A stretch of 64,000 bases of DNA from Octopus vulgaris. Its lineage: Eukaryota. How positions within the stretch are numbered: position 1 is the stretch's first letter; each line of letters opens with the position of its first letter. The stretch is taken from assembly GCA_951406725.2 (NCBI GenBank), contig OX597817.1:103726001-103790000 (forward strand), read 5' to 3'. The notes beneath the pieces are model-generated. The model saw nothing but the letters and a program-made list of their open reading frames with translations, was not told the DNA's origin and made no database searches. A program made the translations under genes and the position numbers. Shown one piece after another: positions 43,130 through 58,259 of this stretch.

Positions 43130-46022
43130 CATAGCTTGCCAAAGTGGGCGATATCGCCCACCAGTGGACGATTTCAACTTACAGGTGAGCGATGGATGAA
43201 TTTCTAGAAAATGGTGGGCGATTTGACATTTTGGTGGGCAATATGAACATTTTATGGATGACAATGAATTTTTAGAAATTAAGTCTGCATTTACTGATAT
43301 CTAGGCATGCCTAGAATAAGGATGCTCTTTTATCGATTTGACTACTCGCATGAGACGTCACTTCGTATTAAAAAAGCGGACTTGTTTATCAATAGAATGT
43401 TTTTGTCGCAGTCATTGAGATGATTGTCATGCGTGATAAAAATGGCAGCCAAATTACATTCCACTACAAATGTTTTTTTTCTTCTGCATTATCCTATGAA
43501 GTCCCTCGTATAGAATTCAAATTCAAACATTTTCTGAAAACACTGAAAAATCAAAAAACGTTATGAGGGTTATCATACATAATTCTGTGGTGCAGTCACG
43601 CACAAAATGACAGCTTTGAAATCGTATTTCTTGAGTGGGGGAAAATGAACAAACTTTAGACCTCTATAACTTTTTAAAAACACTTTTCAGGAGAAAGTTG
43701 AATAACTCCAGTAATTTAGCTTGGAAAGATACATTAATGTGCCAAAATCTAAAATTTTCGATAAACTTTAATTTTTGAAATGCTGGCAACCAAACGAACT
43801 AGATGCATATTTGCTCCAGTAAAGACGTGTCATCTGACTCTGCTCTATTGACTTCTTGGGGAATACCATACTGCCCTTCTGACGCCGTATCTAGAAATTC
43901 GTTTCCATATTTTCATTTACTGATGCCTCCAGTCAAGAAAATTTGTCGACAGCACAGTAGTGATTATTTATCGTTTGGATTTTTTTCTTTCTCCTCAGAA
44001 CTGTCAGTTACCAATGTGCCTTCTTTACCCTCAAACATTGACCAACGAAGCAATGAAACCTTCACGCTTGAAGCATCATTTTGATGCAAAGCATTCTGAC
44101 AAGAAGGACAAGCCGTTATCATACATTTTACAACTGAGCTCCTCTTTCAAAGAGCAAACACAAACATTCAACATACTACTCCAGAAAACTAGTAAACAGG
44201 AGAATTACGGTTTGATTTCATCGTACAACATTGCATTACTTGTTGCTAAGTCTGGGAAATCTCATACAATTGGAGAAACATTACTTCGCCCAGTTATCGA
44301 AGAGGTTTTGTCAACAGTTATGCACGAAAAACCAGATAACATTATGGAGAGGATCCCACTTAGTAATAACACAATTTCTCGACGCATCGATGAAACGCCA
44401 ACGATGTGAAACATCAGTTCATTAATATTCTCCATCGTTCTGAATTTTCTATACAAGTGGATATTGACAATCAATGTTTGATGATCGTATATGTTCGATA
44501 TTTCAACGAAGACCTTGTGAGGAAATGCTGTTCACAGAGAAATCACCACTTGATTCAAAAGGTGCAACTATTTTTCACACTCTCAAGTCTTTCCTTTTTG
44601 AACATCATATCGCATTCAGTAATATTCTTTCCTCTGCATCTGATGGAGCCCCTTCAGTGGTAGGACGATACAGAGGTTTTTCATCTCTCCTAAAACGGGA
44701 AATTTCCCACCAAATACTAACTATTCATTGCTTGGCACACCGGCAGCAGTTAGTGGCAAAAAATATGAATGGTAGATTGAATGATGCGCTACAGTTAGTT
44801 ATCAGGACTGAGAACAAATTGAAGTCGAGTCCCTTGTCTGATTGAATTTTCCTTCAGCTCTGTCTGAGAAATGATGAGGACCATACTAAATTCTTATACC
44901 ATACCGAAGTGCGGTGGCTGTCAAAAGGAAACTGTGTTTTACGCTTTGTTGAACTGCTTTATATATCTTTTTCTTTGAAGATACTCCACCATCTGCTTTA
45001 TTGATGGCTGCAAGGTGCGATATCTTTTTTTTGTTTTTGTGATATATTAAGAAAATTAAATGATATAAGTTATTGCAAGGAAACAGAAAAACTCTCATTG
45101 GTTGTAAATCATTTATCACTACTTTCATTTCGAAATTTGTGTTGTTTAAGACTAATATTTCAAAACGTCAATTCCATTAATTTCCACAACCTGATTCTTT
45201 GAAAGATGAATTGGATTTAACTACATATCGCAACTATTTATAATCATTGCATAGAGGAGCGATTTCAAGATGTTATTGCGCTGAATATTCCAAATTGGTA
45301 TAGCAATCCGTTTGAGGTCGATACAGTCGACTGCGAGGATAATGTTCAAGAGGAATTGATAGAATTACAAAATGACAATGACGCCATAATGCGATAATGC
45401 CGTAATGGCGAAGAAGGTTTGTGGTACCCTCAGAGTATATGAAATTCCTACCCCAATCTGTGGAAACATCTGAAATTACTTATGTTTGCCTTCCCTACCT
45501 CATACTTGGTTGAATCTAGTTTTGACCATGTTGGAACTTTATTTCCCATAAAAGAATTGGACTGGATGTGATACAATGAGGAGATTTGTAGCTAGAGTTG
45601 ACAAGTTTGAAACAGAATGTATCTGCACTAGCTGCATCGCGCAAGACACATGGTTCTCATTAAAGATCTTATTATTTCCCTTTATAATACAATCATTAAT
45701 TATTTTTGCATCATTAGTTCTGATCAATAATTCATTTGGGGAAAATGAAAATCAGTGTAAAAGAAAGCGCAAGTTTTTAATATAGATTTAACGTTCGAAT
45801 TTTATTCATAATAATGGCAAAACTAAACCCACAATCAGGAATTTGTAAACAGCCGCATATTTAGTCCAAACGTGTGTCAGATGATACGGGCGTAGGGTTC
45901 CTAGGGGTTTTTGTGTTGAGGGTGACTGTCAGGGATTTTTTTACACAGGTGGGCGATGGAACATTCTTTGGCCGATAGGTGGGCGATATTGCAATTTGAC
46001 GTGAAAAGTTTGGGAAACTCTG
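43130..46022 (+). mobile_element. hAT transposon, Buster/Charlie type (ZBED5/ZBED8/SCAND3-like transposase), decayed
   Basis: TIRs CATAGCTTGCCAAAG / GTTTGGGAAACTCTG; 8-bp TSD cattaatc (43122-43129) / ctttaatc (46023-46030). Confidence 0.9.
43923..45663 (+). pseudogene. hAT transposase pseudogene
   Basis: MPPVKKICRQHSSDYLSFGF, BED-like PMCLL...MKPSRLKHH, KSHTIGETLL, IPLSNNTISRRI, SDGAP, IHCLAH, TEVRWLSKG, FPTSYLVES; multiple frameshifts and stops. Confidence 0.9.
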
Positions 46023-46872
46023 CTTTAATCTATCTTTAATTTATTTTAAAATCCCTTTAATATTTAATTCTAACTCTTAAATAATTTAACATTCAACTCG
46101 TTCCTCTATTCTCGATAACCTACACACCAATAACCCCATTGCTAAAAATAACTCTACAGCCACTGACTTTAGCATAACGGACACAAGCATTTACTACTAG
46201 ATTTCCTCTCCAACCCCTATAGATAAGAAAAATATCACTTGCACCTACTATTCTCTTTAGATTCCTTTCATTTTGCTATTTTGTTTATGTTTTATATTAT
46301 CTTCCTCTACCTTATATTCTCGGTTATCATTGTACAATATATTCTTAGACACTATATGCTTATACACCTTACTTTATCCTCTCTCTACCTCACTTTCTAT
46401 TTATTTACTTTCTTTCATTTTACCACTTATTAGCCACCGCCGCTACCATCCTTGAATGTTGTTATGTTCGCGTCTTTTTCTGGATGTTTACAATATCAAG
46501 ATTTTAACCCACATAGAAGGACTTACTGACTTATTTCTACAACATATCAGGATTTTAACCCACATAGAAGGACTTACTGACTTATTTCTACAACACCGGA
46601 AACTTGAACTGAACTTTTATACTTCTTTTTTATTCTCTTCTTGTCATCTTTGTCATTTCATGAATCTATACCTTTCTCATTTTTCCTATTTGTCTCTGAT
46701 GTCAGAATATCCCATACACTGGGACATCCCAGAAACAACTGTAAGACTGAATTTTTTGCAATAATAATGTATTTGATTTGTGATGTTTGTCTTGCCCTAA
46801 CGTTTGTTGTCCCCTTTAACAATTATATATACACATACATATATACACATACATATATACACATACATATAT

Positions 46873-46921
<49 letters not shown>

Positions 46922-46949
46922 CATATATATACATATGTTGAAGGTATAA

Positions 46950-48110
46950 AAGACACGAGTTGATAAAAATAAGGAAAATAAGACAAAGAAGAAAATGCTA
47001 AACTAATATTATTATGAAGTACATTTTAGTACCGCTTTCTGTTTTTTAGACTTTTTCAACTAAGAGAAAAATAAGGAAAACAATTGAATCGGAGAAAAGT
47101 TTAGTGAAATATTTTGTAGATATTTCCATAGTTTTTAAACAGGTAAATATTTCTATCTGTCTCTCTCTCTCTTTCTCTTTCTCTCTCTCTCTCTCCATTC
47201 CTTTGTGAACGCCCTGTAAGTGGGTAGCATTAAATCTGAAGGAATAAGTTGGGTACAAAGAATTGATGGTTTAAACAAGAGCAGCCGAGGAAGGAGAAGG
47301 AGGAGGAAAACAAGAAGAACACAAAGAAAGGGAGAACAAGAAAACGAGGAAGGGGAAGTAGGAGTAGGAAAAAAGAGGGAGAAAGAAAAGGAAATAAACA
47401 AGAGCTGTCACACAGTAAATTGTTCGTGAGATCTTCTTTAATGGTCAAATGACCAAAAAGTGATATTTTGTGGTCGTAGCAGTAGTTGTGGAATTGTTCT
47501 AAATTCTTGTAGTAGTTTCATTTGTGGTGGTAGCGGCATTCAAAATAGGTTTATATTTTGCGATAAAATATGATTCTTTTCTAATGTGCTAATTATAGAT
47601 TGCATTGTCCCTGAATTTATAGAGGGGAAAAATTGTTAAGTTGTACGTTAGTGTCGCATATATCGATGTGCTCGCTCAATTCTATTTTTTGTGTATTCTC
47701 GTATTTTAATCTATGTACTACCATCCTCTGGCGTTGACTGTTTTTAGTTTGACAAATATATTGTTCTCGACACCCTGAGTAAGTTAATACATATATTAGC
47801 TTTTCCAAAGCAAATGTGAATTTGTTTTTCACTAAAACGTTGACCCTGTTTGAAGGAGAACTCCAATCTTTCAATTAAGTTGACACATGTAACAGAGTTA
47901 GGTCTTGCGCATTTTTTTTTACTGCCACTTTCGAAGTTCTTAGTTGGACCTATGTTAGAAGGCTTTTCATTGACTTGGGTTGTCTTTTACTCTTTACGAT
48001 GGTGTGAGTTAGTTCATAAGAACCTTCACTTCATCAGTGCTGAAATACGTGCTTGTAGTGATATATTACATGGTTATTGACGTAGTGTCCATTTTCAGCA
48101 TATTTTGGCA
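46950..48110 (-). mobile_element. Penelope-like element 3' fragment (GIY-YIG and tail)
   Basis: LIYVLTYSGCREQYICQTKNS...RMVVH; shares ttgacttgggttgtctttt with 81-99. Confidence 0.7.
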
Positions 48111-48207
48111 TAAGAATTTTTTTCTTTTGCCCTTACTTATAAATTGTTTATAAATTTAGTGGCCATTGATAGAATTTTTTTCGATGAAAAATTCTATCCT
48201 ATATATA

Positions 48208-48254
<47 letters not shown>

Positions 48255-48715
48255 TACATATATATGTATGCATACATACATATAACAATACCTATATATA
48301 TATATATACATATATATACATACATAAATATATAACTATATATATACATTTATACATACACATACACATGTACATATATATACACATGTACGTATATGTA
48401 CATACACACAAACATGTATATATATATATTTATGTATATATATACATACACACACACACATGCATACACACACACATATGCATACACACACACACACACA
48501 CACACACACATGCATACACACACGCACACATGCATACACACACACACACACATGCATACACACACGCACACATGCATACACACACGCACACACGCATACA
48601 CACACGCACACATGCATACACACACGCACACATGCATACACACACACACACATGCATACACACACACACACATGCATACACACACACGCATACACACACA
48701 CACACACACACACAT

Positions 48716-48746
<31 letters not shown>

Positions 48747-48747
<1 letters not shown>

Positions 48748-48972
48748 GCGAGCTGCCAGAATCATCAGCACACCGGACGAAATGCTTAGAAGTATTTCGT
48801 CTGCCGTACGTTCTGAGTTCAAATTCCGCCGAGGTCGACCTTGCCTTTCATCCTTTCAGGGTTGATAAATTAAGTACCAGTTACGCACTGGGGTCCATAT
48901 ACTCGACTTTATCCGTTTGTCTGTCCTTGTTTGTCCCCTCTATGTTTAGCCACTTGTGGGTAGTAAAGAAAT
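48747..48972 (+). mobile_element. Nin/Deu-domain tRNA SINE, young copy
   Basis: gcgagctgccagaatc (A box), ctgagttcaaattcc (B box), gaggtcgaccttgcctttcatcctttcagggttgataaattaagtaccag (Nin/Deu domain). Confidence 0.85.
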
Positions 48973-49129
48973 ATATATACATATATATATACACATGCAC
49001 ATACACAAACACATATAGGCATACACACATATACACATATACATACACACCTACCCATATGCTCATTAACATATACTTACACACACACACACACACCTAC
49101 CCATATGCTCATTAACATACTTACACACG

Positions 49130-49164
<35 letters not shown>

Positions 49165-50479
49165 TTTTTTTTTAAAAAGGTGATGTGGAACACGAGTTGT
49201 GATATATAAAAAAAAGGAAATGAAGAAAATGCTGACAAAATAATTTAAGTAAGGGAGAGTGTATTTAATTAGGTGAAAGTTCTTTTTTTAAAACAAAAAA
49301 AAGAGAAAAATTGGGTTAGAATACAATGTTCAGTTTTTGTGAATGATTTCAGTGTATAAGAAAAAAGCAAGAGTCTTTTACAGTGTTCTGTTTCATAATA
49401 AGATATTTAGTAAAAGCGTGTAATATACAGTTTTTTGTGGAAAAGTTCAATGTCAGATTTCAGTGTAGAATAAAAAAAGTAAGAGTTTACCGGTTGCGCA
49501 TTTGTTATGCTTATCAAAAGATATTTTGAGTGAGATAGAGTTCCTTTCGGATTGATTTTTTTCTCTTATCTGACTTTATGTTGGGTTTGCTGTCTCTTAT
49601 ATGTGAAAAAAGAGGCTCCAAAGTTGTTTAAGATTTGCTTGGTTTCGCGCCTAAAATTTCTTGTGGACAATGGTCAATACAATTTTGATTGGTCATTATA
49701 AAGGGGTCACGTGAATGTTTGAATGGAAGTTGGTGTTGGGGTAAGAAAAAAGGCTCCAGAGATGTTAAAATTTGGCTGGTATCGCGCCTAAAATGTCTTA
49801 TTGGTCATAATAAAGAGGTCACGTGAATGTGGTCATAATAGAGAGGTCACGTGAATGTTTAGAATGAATGTTGATGTAGGTGGTGTATGGAGTTTTCGAA
49901 AATAGCGTTGTTGAAAATTCTTATTGTTCAGGCTGGTCAGTAGACGTCATGTGGATATTTTGAATAGCTTTTTAGCGCGTAGTTAAGGAGTGTATTTTCC
50001 GCTTGACTGAATTTGAGCTGGAAAAGTAAGTTCGTTTAGGGCAGGAAGAGCTATATGTATGCATGTGTGCGCGCGCGTGTGTGTGTGTGTGTGTTTATAT
50101 GTATGTTGGGGCGCGCGCGCGTGTATATATGTGTACGTGTGTGGGTACAATTTTCAATATTTATAGTTCTGCTGGCCTTGTGCCTGTATCGGGAAGCAAC
50201 GTGTTTGTGTGAAGTCAATATTTAGTCATTTCCAAAAAATAGTGTTGGATGTTTTGCACCCGTATCAAATTATGTGTATGTGTGGAACCATATGTTTGCG
50301 TGTGTCATGGTGTTAATATCTGGGTAAAAGTGTGTGTAGGGTGTGTGCAGGTGTAAGTGTGTTTGTTGTGGGTTCGTGTTAGGGGGATGTGTTTAGACGT
50401 GGTCTGTATTTATTAATAAGGTGGGATTCCATGGTTATTCGCTGGGTATGAGTGGCATTGTCTTTAAATTTGTAGAGGG

Positions 50480-51010
50480 AAAAGATTCTAAAATTGGGAT
50501 GAAGTTGTGCGGCACAGGTATCAATATGTGCACTAATATGTGCAAGGAAGCCACAAACTCTGTAATCAATGTCCCCTCACCAAATGACCTCAAATTGAGA
50601 TCTATAATAGCAGGTCCCGCTTGCGAAACCCACCGCCTTAGCAACTTCATTGATACCCTTCTCAAGCCCTTCCTCAAACATTAAAAGCTACATAAGGGAC
50701 GATCTAGATATGCTCAACCACCTCCCCAATACACTTCTTGCTGAACAAACCCTGCCAGTAACATTCGATGTAGTTAATCTTTACTCCAACATCCCCCACA
50801 ACCTAGGAATAGAAGCTATCCAATTCTGGCTGGATAATTACTCCAACGAACTCCCACACCGCATCAAAAAGGAACTTATTTTAGAAGGACTCAAATTCAT
50901 CTTAGAGAATAATTTCTTCACCTTCAACAACAAATTCTACAGACAGAAATCAGGGACGGCAATGAGAACGAAAACAGCTCCCACTTACGCCAACCTAGTC
51001 ATGAGATACC
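50480..51010 (+). mobile_element. Penelope-like RT fragment
   Basis: LKLRSIIAGPACETHRLSNFID, SYIRDDLD, TFDVVNLYSNIP, RQKSGTAM...APTYANLVM. Confidence 0.85.
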
Positions 51011-51234
51011 ACTTCCGAGCAACCACAGCAGCGCACACACTAGCACTGACCGCTTCCCAACACCTACACCATCATCTACACACCTACATATGCATACGTC
51101 AATGTCACCAGCCCCTTCCACAGGCACATACACACGCACCAGCATCTTCGTTTTGGGATCACCACGACTTTATTATATCCCTTTCTTCCTAGCTCTCCTG
51201 TGTGACCCTTCTGTCCGGCATTAGCCACTAAACC

Positions 51235-51380
51235 TTTTTCTATTTTCTCTCCCTGTTTATTTTTATGTTCCTTTCTGTCGAAGAGCGTAGACTCGAAAAG
51301 TAAAAGACTTTCTATCTTCCCGAGCGTTAAACTAATACACACCTGTCTTCGTCTTTTGTTTCTTTGTAAATTCTCACTAT
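51235..51380 (+). mobile_element. Hammerhead-bearing repeat, diverged (motif 51271-51307)
   Basis: CTTT CTGTCGA AGAGC GTAG ACTC GAAA AGTA AAAG. Confidence 0.6.
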
Positions 51381-51615
51381 ACATATACATATTTATATAC
51401 ATATACATATTTATATATATACACATATATATATATATATATGCATATAAATATATATACATATATACACATATATATGCATATACATATATATGCATAT
51501 ACATATATATGCATATACATATATATGCATATATCTATACATATATATACTCATATATATATATATACACATATATATACTCATACACATATATATACTC
51601 ATACACATATATATA

Positions 51616-51658
<43 letters not shown>

Positions 51659-52777
51659 GTGCGCAATTACCCGTTTGTAATTACACATTTACAATATGCT
51701 GGGTTTTTCTTTAAAATACACGCACGTGTGTAGGTGTGTGCGTAGGTCTATTTGGGAGTGCATACGTACGTGCAAGGTGATTCATTTCCAAAGAAAATAC
51801 GAGAATCCAAGGAACTATGTTAGTCTGAGATAAAAAGATACAAATAAATTCTTGCTTTTCGGTTATTTATTCTTGGAAGTAAAGTGAACCTTAAATCCTG
51901 CTATTCCCCATACTACTACTGTTCTTGAGAAATTGCAGTAAATTATTTTGTTACACGTTTAAATGAAATGTTCAGAACATATCTGCCAATGCATGATCAT
52001 TAAATCGAAAAATCTAAATTTGCATAATTATTCTGACTCCACAATATCCCTTTCAAACATGCAATTTACAAGTCACGCACTTGTAATTAGACTGCATGTT
52101 TAAGAAGGTGACTCATCGCTATGTACACACTTCACAACATTCTCCAAACATTTATTTATTATTCTTTATTTTTCTTTTATTCTTTCTATTAGTTTTAGGT
52201 TAGTCGGCTGAAGAGACAATAAAGTAATGTCTTTAAATGTTTTAGTTGATCTTATCTTATCCAGATATTTCAATCTTTATGTTTATCTGCTATGTTACGT
52301 AGTATAAAATGATACAAATATAAACAAAACCGGCTTTTTAGACTGTAAGCACATACACTCGTCACTCAAAATTATTTCAATCTTCCAAATTTTATTCACA
52401 GGTTATTAATCAGTTCGAAAGTACAGTAGAAGTCACTTATCCAATTTACTGTCTGTTGAATCGAACCTGCAGCCATGGAGTTGCAAAGCGAACTTAAACA
52501 TGCAGCCAAGTTTTCGTAATGTAATATGCTATATATTTTCGAAGAAAGATCACTTGTGATGATTTAAAGAAAATCTAATTCTTGTTTAACCCGGTCAGAT
52601 CTCATCAGACTCATGAGGAAAAGGCATTTTAAGAATATACCGAGGATTGCATTATTTACTGAGCTTTCATTTTCAGATAAAGGGGTGTAATTTGAAAGAA
52701 ACTTGGTTGTTATTTCTAGTTTGGAGAATACCATGAAAAGCGTCATAGTTAACTTGTTCAGTATGCGCATGTATATA

Positions 52778-53120
52778 TCTATTTCTTTATTGCCCACAAG
52801 GGAACAAACAAGGACAGACAAAGGGATTAAGTTGATTACATCGACACCAGGGCGAAACTGGTACTTTATTTATCGACCCCGAAAGAATGAAAGGCAAAGT
52901 CGACCATGTATATATTATCATTTAACGTCCGCTTTCCATAATGGCATGGGTTGGACGGTTTGAAAGGAGTTGGCAGCTGGAGAGCTGTCCAGACTCCACT
53001 TGTCTGTTGTAGCATGGCATCTACAGCCTGATGCCCTTCCTAATGCCAACACCTTCATAGATTGAGCAGGGTGCTCTATACGTGCCACCGGTCGTGCGCA
53101 TTCACGTAGCACAGGCACGT
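52778..53120 (-). mobile_element. Nin-SINE 3' part (52778-52906) plus RTE-tail-type SINE (52916-53120)
   Basis: Homology to 48747-48972 and to 2618-2830. Confidence 0.65.
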
Positions 53121-53380
53121 AAATACTCCAATCTAAGATCCTCCTTTATCACGCAGACACAAACCAAACACGTATCACTGATATTTGATACCATATATCT
53201 TTCATTAATAAAGTGATTTCAATCTCCTCTTTATTTCTAAATGGTGAAAGTCTAGAAGAGCAACTTCAAATCTACGATTTAGATACCAACGTTTCACTGG
53301 ACTGACACGCACCTAATCAAAGTATATAATTATTCCAATTGATACAGCGGAAAGCTACTGCAATTAAGAATCCTACTATA

Positions 53381-53848
53381 GGCGCAGGCGTGGCTGTGTG
53401 GTAAGAAGCTTGCTCCCCAATCACATGATTCCGGGTATGTACATATATGTGTATACATATATGTATATGCATATATATATATGCATATGCATATATATAT
53501 ATGCATATGCATATATATATATATATGCATATGCATATATATGTATATATATATATATGCATATATATATATATGTATATGCATATGCATATATATGTAT
53601 ATGCATATGCATATATATGTATATATATATGCATATATATGTATATGCATATATATGTATATATATATGCATGCATATGTATATATATATATATATGCAT
53701 ATATATGTATATATATATGTATATGATATATATTATATATATGTATATATATATATATATATATGCATATATATGTATATATATATATATATGCATATAT
53801 ATGTATATATATATATATGCATATATATGTATATATATATATATATGC

Positions 53849-53896
<48 letters not shown>

Positions 53897-53981
53897 GCAT
53901 ATATGTATATATATATGCATATATATGTATATATATATATATTATATATATGTATATATATATATATGTATATATATATGC

Positions 53982-54037
<56 letters not shown>

Positions 54038-54070
54038 GCATATATATGTATATATATATATATATGCATA

Positions 54071-54142
<72 letters not shown>

Positions 54143-54382
54143 TATATATGTATATATATATATATATATATGCATATATATGTATATATATATATATGCA
54201 TATATATGTATATATATATATATGCATATATATGTATATATATATATATGCATATATATGTATATATATATATGTATATATATGTATATATATATATGTA
54301 TATATATGTATATATATATATGTATATATATGTATATATATATATATATGTATATATATATGCATATATATATATATGCATA

Positions 54383-54415
<33 letters not shown>

Positions 54416-54468
54416 GCATATATATGTATATATATATGCATATATATATATATATATGCATATATATG

Positions 54469-54525
<57 letters not shown>

Positions 54526-54650
54526 GCATATATATGTATATGCATATATATGTATATATATATATGTATATGCATATATATGTATATATATATGTATGTG
54601 TGTGTATGTATGTATGTATATATGTATATGTATGTATATATATATATATA
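53381..54650. repeat. OK-SINE head (53381-53435) followed by a long (TA/TATG/TGCA) microsatellite
   Basis: ggcgcaggcgtggctgtgtggtaag then low-complexity tract. Confidence 0.85.
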
Positions 54651-54652
54651 TT

Positions 54653-54836
54653 ATAACGGGAAGGTTTACAAAAATAAACAAAAGACGAAGGCAGGTGGAG
54701 TACAAACAAACAAATGTATTAGTATGGCGCTCAGGAATAGAAATAGAACAAGTCTTTTACGTTTCGAGCCTACGCTCTTAGACAGAAAGATACACAGAAA
54801 AAAACAAGGAGAGAAAAAATGCGTGTAGGAGCTAAC
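54653..54836 (-). mobile_element. ~190-bp hammerhead-bearing repeat (motif 54753-54790)
   Basis: Near-identical to 15670-15865; core reads CTGTCTA (decayed). Confidence 0.7.
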
Positions 54837-54964
54837 ATTTGTGTGTATATATGTATATATATATGTATATATACATATATATGTGAGTGTATATATGTAT
54901 ACACATATGTATACATATATGTGTATACATATATATGTATACTCACACATATATATATGTATAT

Positions 54965-56898
54965 ATTAATTCAATTTTGGGAGAATTAATCGATATGCGG
55001 GTATTCTATTTCAGATAATACAAACAATACCCTAATGAGTATATCTGAAAATAAACTCATGCTATATGTTTGCACATCACGAAATAATACTTAAGAACAT
55101 AACCAAAATTACCAGCAGGATATATATCAAACTTCATTAATTATCTGCTATTTTAGTTAATATTTAAATTTATTAGATATGAAGGAACTACACGTATTTC
55201 AATATTGGAAAATTACAATATATATACATATACACAACTGTATACATATATATATACATATATAAATACATATATGCAATCGTCAGATTTACAATTATTC
55301 CAACACATCTTCAGGTTGTTTTTCAAAATATTATATATCTAATTTTACATCACTTTAAAAATAAGCAATACAATTAAGAATTAAAGATTAAAAAAAATTA
55401 CGAATTAGTCATTAAGAATAAAAATTATACTCTGTAATATTAAGAATTAAAATTTATAAATTATACATTATGAACATGAATTAGTATATATATCAATCAT
55501 GTAAAATCAAGTATGTCAAATACATAGTGTGAGATATAAAATTATACATTAGAATAAAAACGTCTGTGTTTAAATGTGAAATTTAACAAGAAAAATTCAA
55601 ATACATATCTTCCTTTTTTGCTGGTACTAAAATGGTGATTAGAGGACGAAGGTAGGGGGGAACTATGGGTATTTATAGGGGAATAGTACCAAAGGGAGTA
55701 ATTACACTATACATAGTTTTAATTTTGAATTATCCTCTATTATCATTATCAAATTAGCCTATATTGGGAGATATATATAATTTGTTATTATATAATTTTA
55801 GTAATAATAAATTCATGTATTTATTACAATTATTGCATTATTTTTTAAAATTTATATAGTCAATTCAACTGCTTTAGAAATAAAACCATGTGGTTATTTG
55901 ATTCAGGGGTTGGGGGTTCAGTACTTCATTTTACAAAATGTAAAATTACTTCGATGCCTACATTTAACTCCTCGTTCATCATGTGTGTTTAATAATTCAT
56001 CTCTAGACTGTAGTAATTTCATAAATTCCGTTATGCATAATAAACATATTTTATTCTCAATATTATAGGAGTGGGCTCTACCTATAATACTCCATTTAAG
56101 GGTGTACTCTCTTTTTGTAGATTTTAATTCCCTTATATTTACTTAAGCCTGTGGACTTACTTAAATTGGAACTTTTAAAGGTCTGGTAGTGTTGGGATAT
56201 CCTTTTTTTAATTTCATTAGTTGTTAATCCAATATAAGCCTTATTTATGATTTATTATTATGGTTCTTAGAGCTAACTATACATTTATAAATTACATTAT
56301 CGATATTACAGTTATTAGAAAGCATATATTTAGTCTTATCACATGAACATTTATCTATATGTTGATTAAGACTTCTATCACTATCGGTTATATTATGGCT
56401 AGGGCTATTGTTTATTATGCTATTATAATAATTATTTAATTTCTTATTATTTATAGAGGAAATGGTATAGCCTACATTTCTCTATGTTGAGTATCCCACT
56501 CTTATGGTTTAACTGGAAAATATATTTCAATAAATATTGTCCTTTTTAAAAACCATTTTTACTATTTTAAGTGTCTCCGTAATGATATTAGTCTCAGCTT
56601 GAGCCCCATACGGAATAATTAACCATATAATATCCTTTTTATTTTTTATATTATCATTATTAGTAAACATCATTGGTATTAAATTGTTATTCTTAGGTAT
56701 ATTATATCATTTGTTGTATACTGTACTGTTTCTTACTATTGCTCATATTCTCATTATCAATATTACTATTATTATTGTAATTATTGATAACAACTATATT
56801 GTTTCTATCTTTATTTAGTTTGTTATATTGTCTTTTATTATTATCATTCATATTTTTACTGTTAGATTTATTATTAGTTTTATTGGGAATGCATGCAA

Positions 56899-56935
<37 letters not shown>

Positions 56936-57190
56936 TTCATAATAATTAAAGAATTTTATATTAGAGTTGTATCCTGCTTCTTTTAATGCTTTACTATAAT
57001 ATGGGGCATGTTTATTAAAAGTATCATAATCTGAGAATAACATGGATATTCTTTTTCCTATATTATTTATTAAAGCTTCTTTAACTGATCTAGGATGGTT
57101 ACTTGAAGAACTGATATACTTTAGGTTTCCATTCAACTTATGGAATGGCTGGACCTTATTAATGACTAGATTAAGGTTGACGTCTAGATA
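54965..57190 (-). mobile_element. 5'-truncated Penelope-like element
   Basis: YLDVNLNL...KYISSSSNHPRSVK...GKRISML, poly-Asn linker, CSCDKTK...NVIYKC, KKRISQHYQTF, LKWSII, CLLCITE. Confidence 0.85.
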
Positions 57191-57720
57191 TGTATATATA
57201 TATCTACACATGTACGTACATATATAGATATATATCTACACATGTACGTACATATATGTATATATATCTACACATATATGTACATATATACATCTACGTA
57301 AATATATGTATGCATGAATACATACATATATACATATATGTATTTATATATATATGCATATATACAGATATATACATAATCATATATATACATATTCACA
57401 CACACACACACACACATATATAAACGTAAACAAGTATAAAAACGGGGAAAAACTAGATGTTGAATCAAAATTAGGCTTAACACAATGTTGGATACAATAC
57501 ATACGTACTGTTCGAAAGACAATACAAATATGTATGAAAAAAATTATAATTATAATTAAATTTATGCTTTGTCATTCTAATCAGTGTGATGAATGTTTGG
57601 TAGAACATCAAAAAACGCTTAATAAAATAAAATAAGATACCATAAGGGAGAATACAGATTGGGTAATAGGGGAAAATCGGATATTTACAAACAAGATGTG
57701 AAAGGGAAAATAATAATATA

Positions 57721-57754
<34 letters not shown>

Positions 57755-57935
57755 GTGAGTGAGACGAAAAAGAAAAAGAAAGATATATCAATGTGTATGC
57801 ACGTCTAGATGCGTAGTAAACTATAAGATAAAAATTAAAATCTAACAGATATGTTTAAAGAAAGAGTGACAAGTCGAGACGAAGTATAATGTAAACAAGG
57901 CCACGTGATTATAGTAGAATATAACGCAACACGTT

Positions 57936-58259
57936 CACTAGCAGAAAAAGGCATAGAGAATTATACGTGTACATATTAATATCTAGAAACGAAAAAAAAT
58001 TATATTACAAGAGGTTTAAATCTGATAGGCTGATGTTTGAAATCACACAAAAAATACGACTTACACACACCCAAATCTACAGAAGAGGAAATTTTATTTA
58101 CCCTCGAGGCCACGCCTTTCAATTGAGCAAACTCAAAGATGCCATGCTCTTTAAACATAGGTGTGCAAATTTTCAATTCAATCCAACCAAATTTACTAAC
58201 ACTTTTGCATGCACAACTGCTTGTGAGACATCCACCCTTTTCACAAATATATAGTAGAT
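57936..58259 (-). mobile_element. Possible non-autonomous Helitron
   Basis: Minus-strand 5' a|TCTACTATATA at 58258 and CTAG|t at ~57938-57941. Confidence 0.4.

Larger units (their letters stand above)
40255..46800 (+). mobile_element. Penelope-like element (RT, Asn/Thr-rich linker, GIY-YIG, tail with hammerhead-like motif) split by a hAT insertion
   Basis: SSDKTGNLYSL, GSLYRDESL, FLDVTFDL, ILWYTPPF, LKLSYSSTPNI, SCNCRSRTVCPL, YYIGSTSNFKR, CGLCLKE; the tail resumes after 46030 with gtct CTGATG...GAAAC aact GTA agac at 46691-46747. Confidence 0.85.

Noticed and set aside
43497-43870. Possible MITE nested in the 5' region of the hAT
   Set aside because: The putative TIRs (tatgaagtccctcg.../...ggggaataccata) are too degenerate to support a call.
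43923-45663. Domesticated ZBED/SCAND3-like host gene
   Set aside because: It has TIRs, a TSD and many frameshifts and stops, so it is a dead transposon.
46490-46595. 51-bp tandem duplication; other short tandem units at 21296-21336, 25470-25980, 49610-49860 and 61600-61960 as a possible CRISPR-like array
   Set aside because: Simple tandem duplications without unique spacers, in a eukaryotic context with no cas genes.
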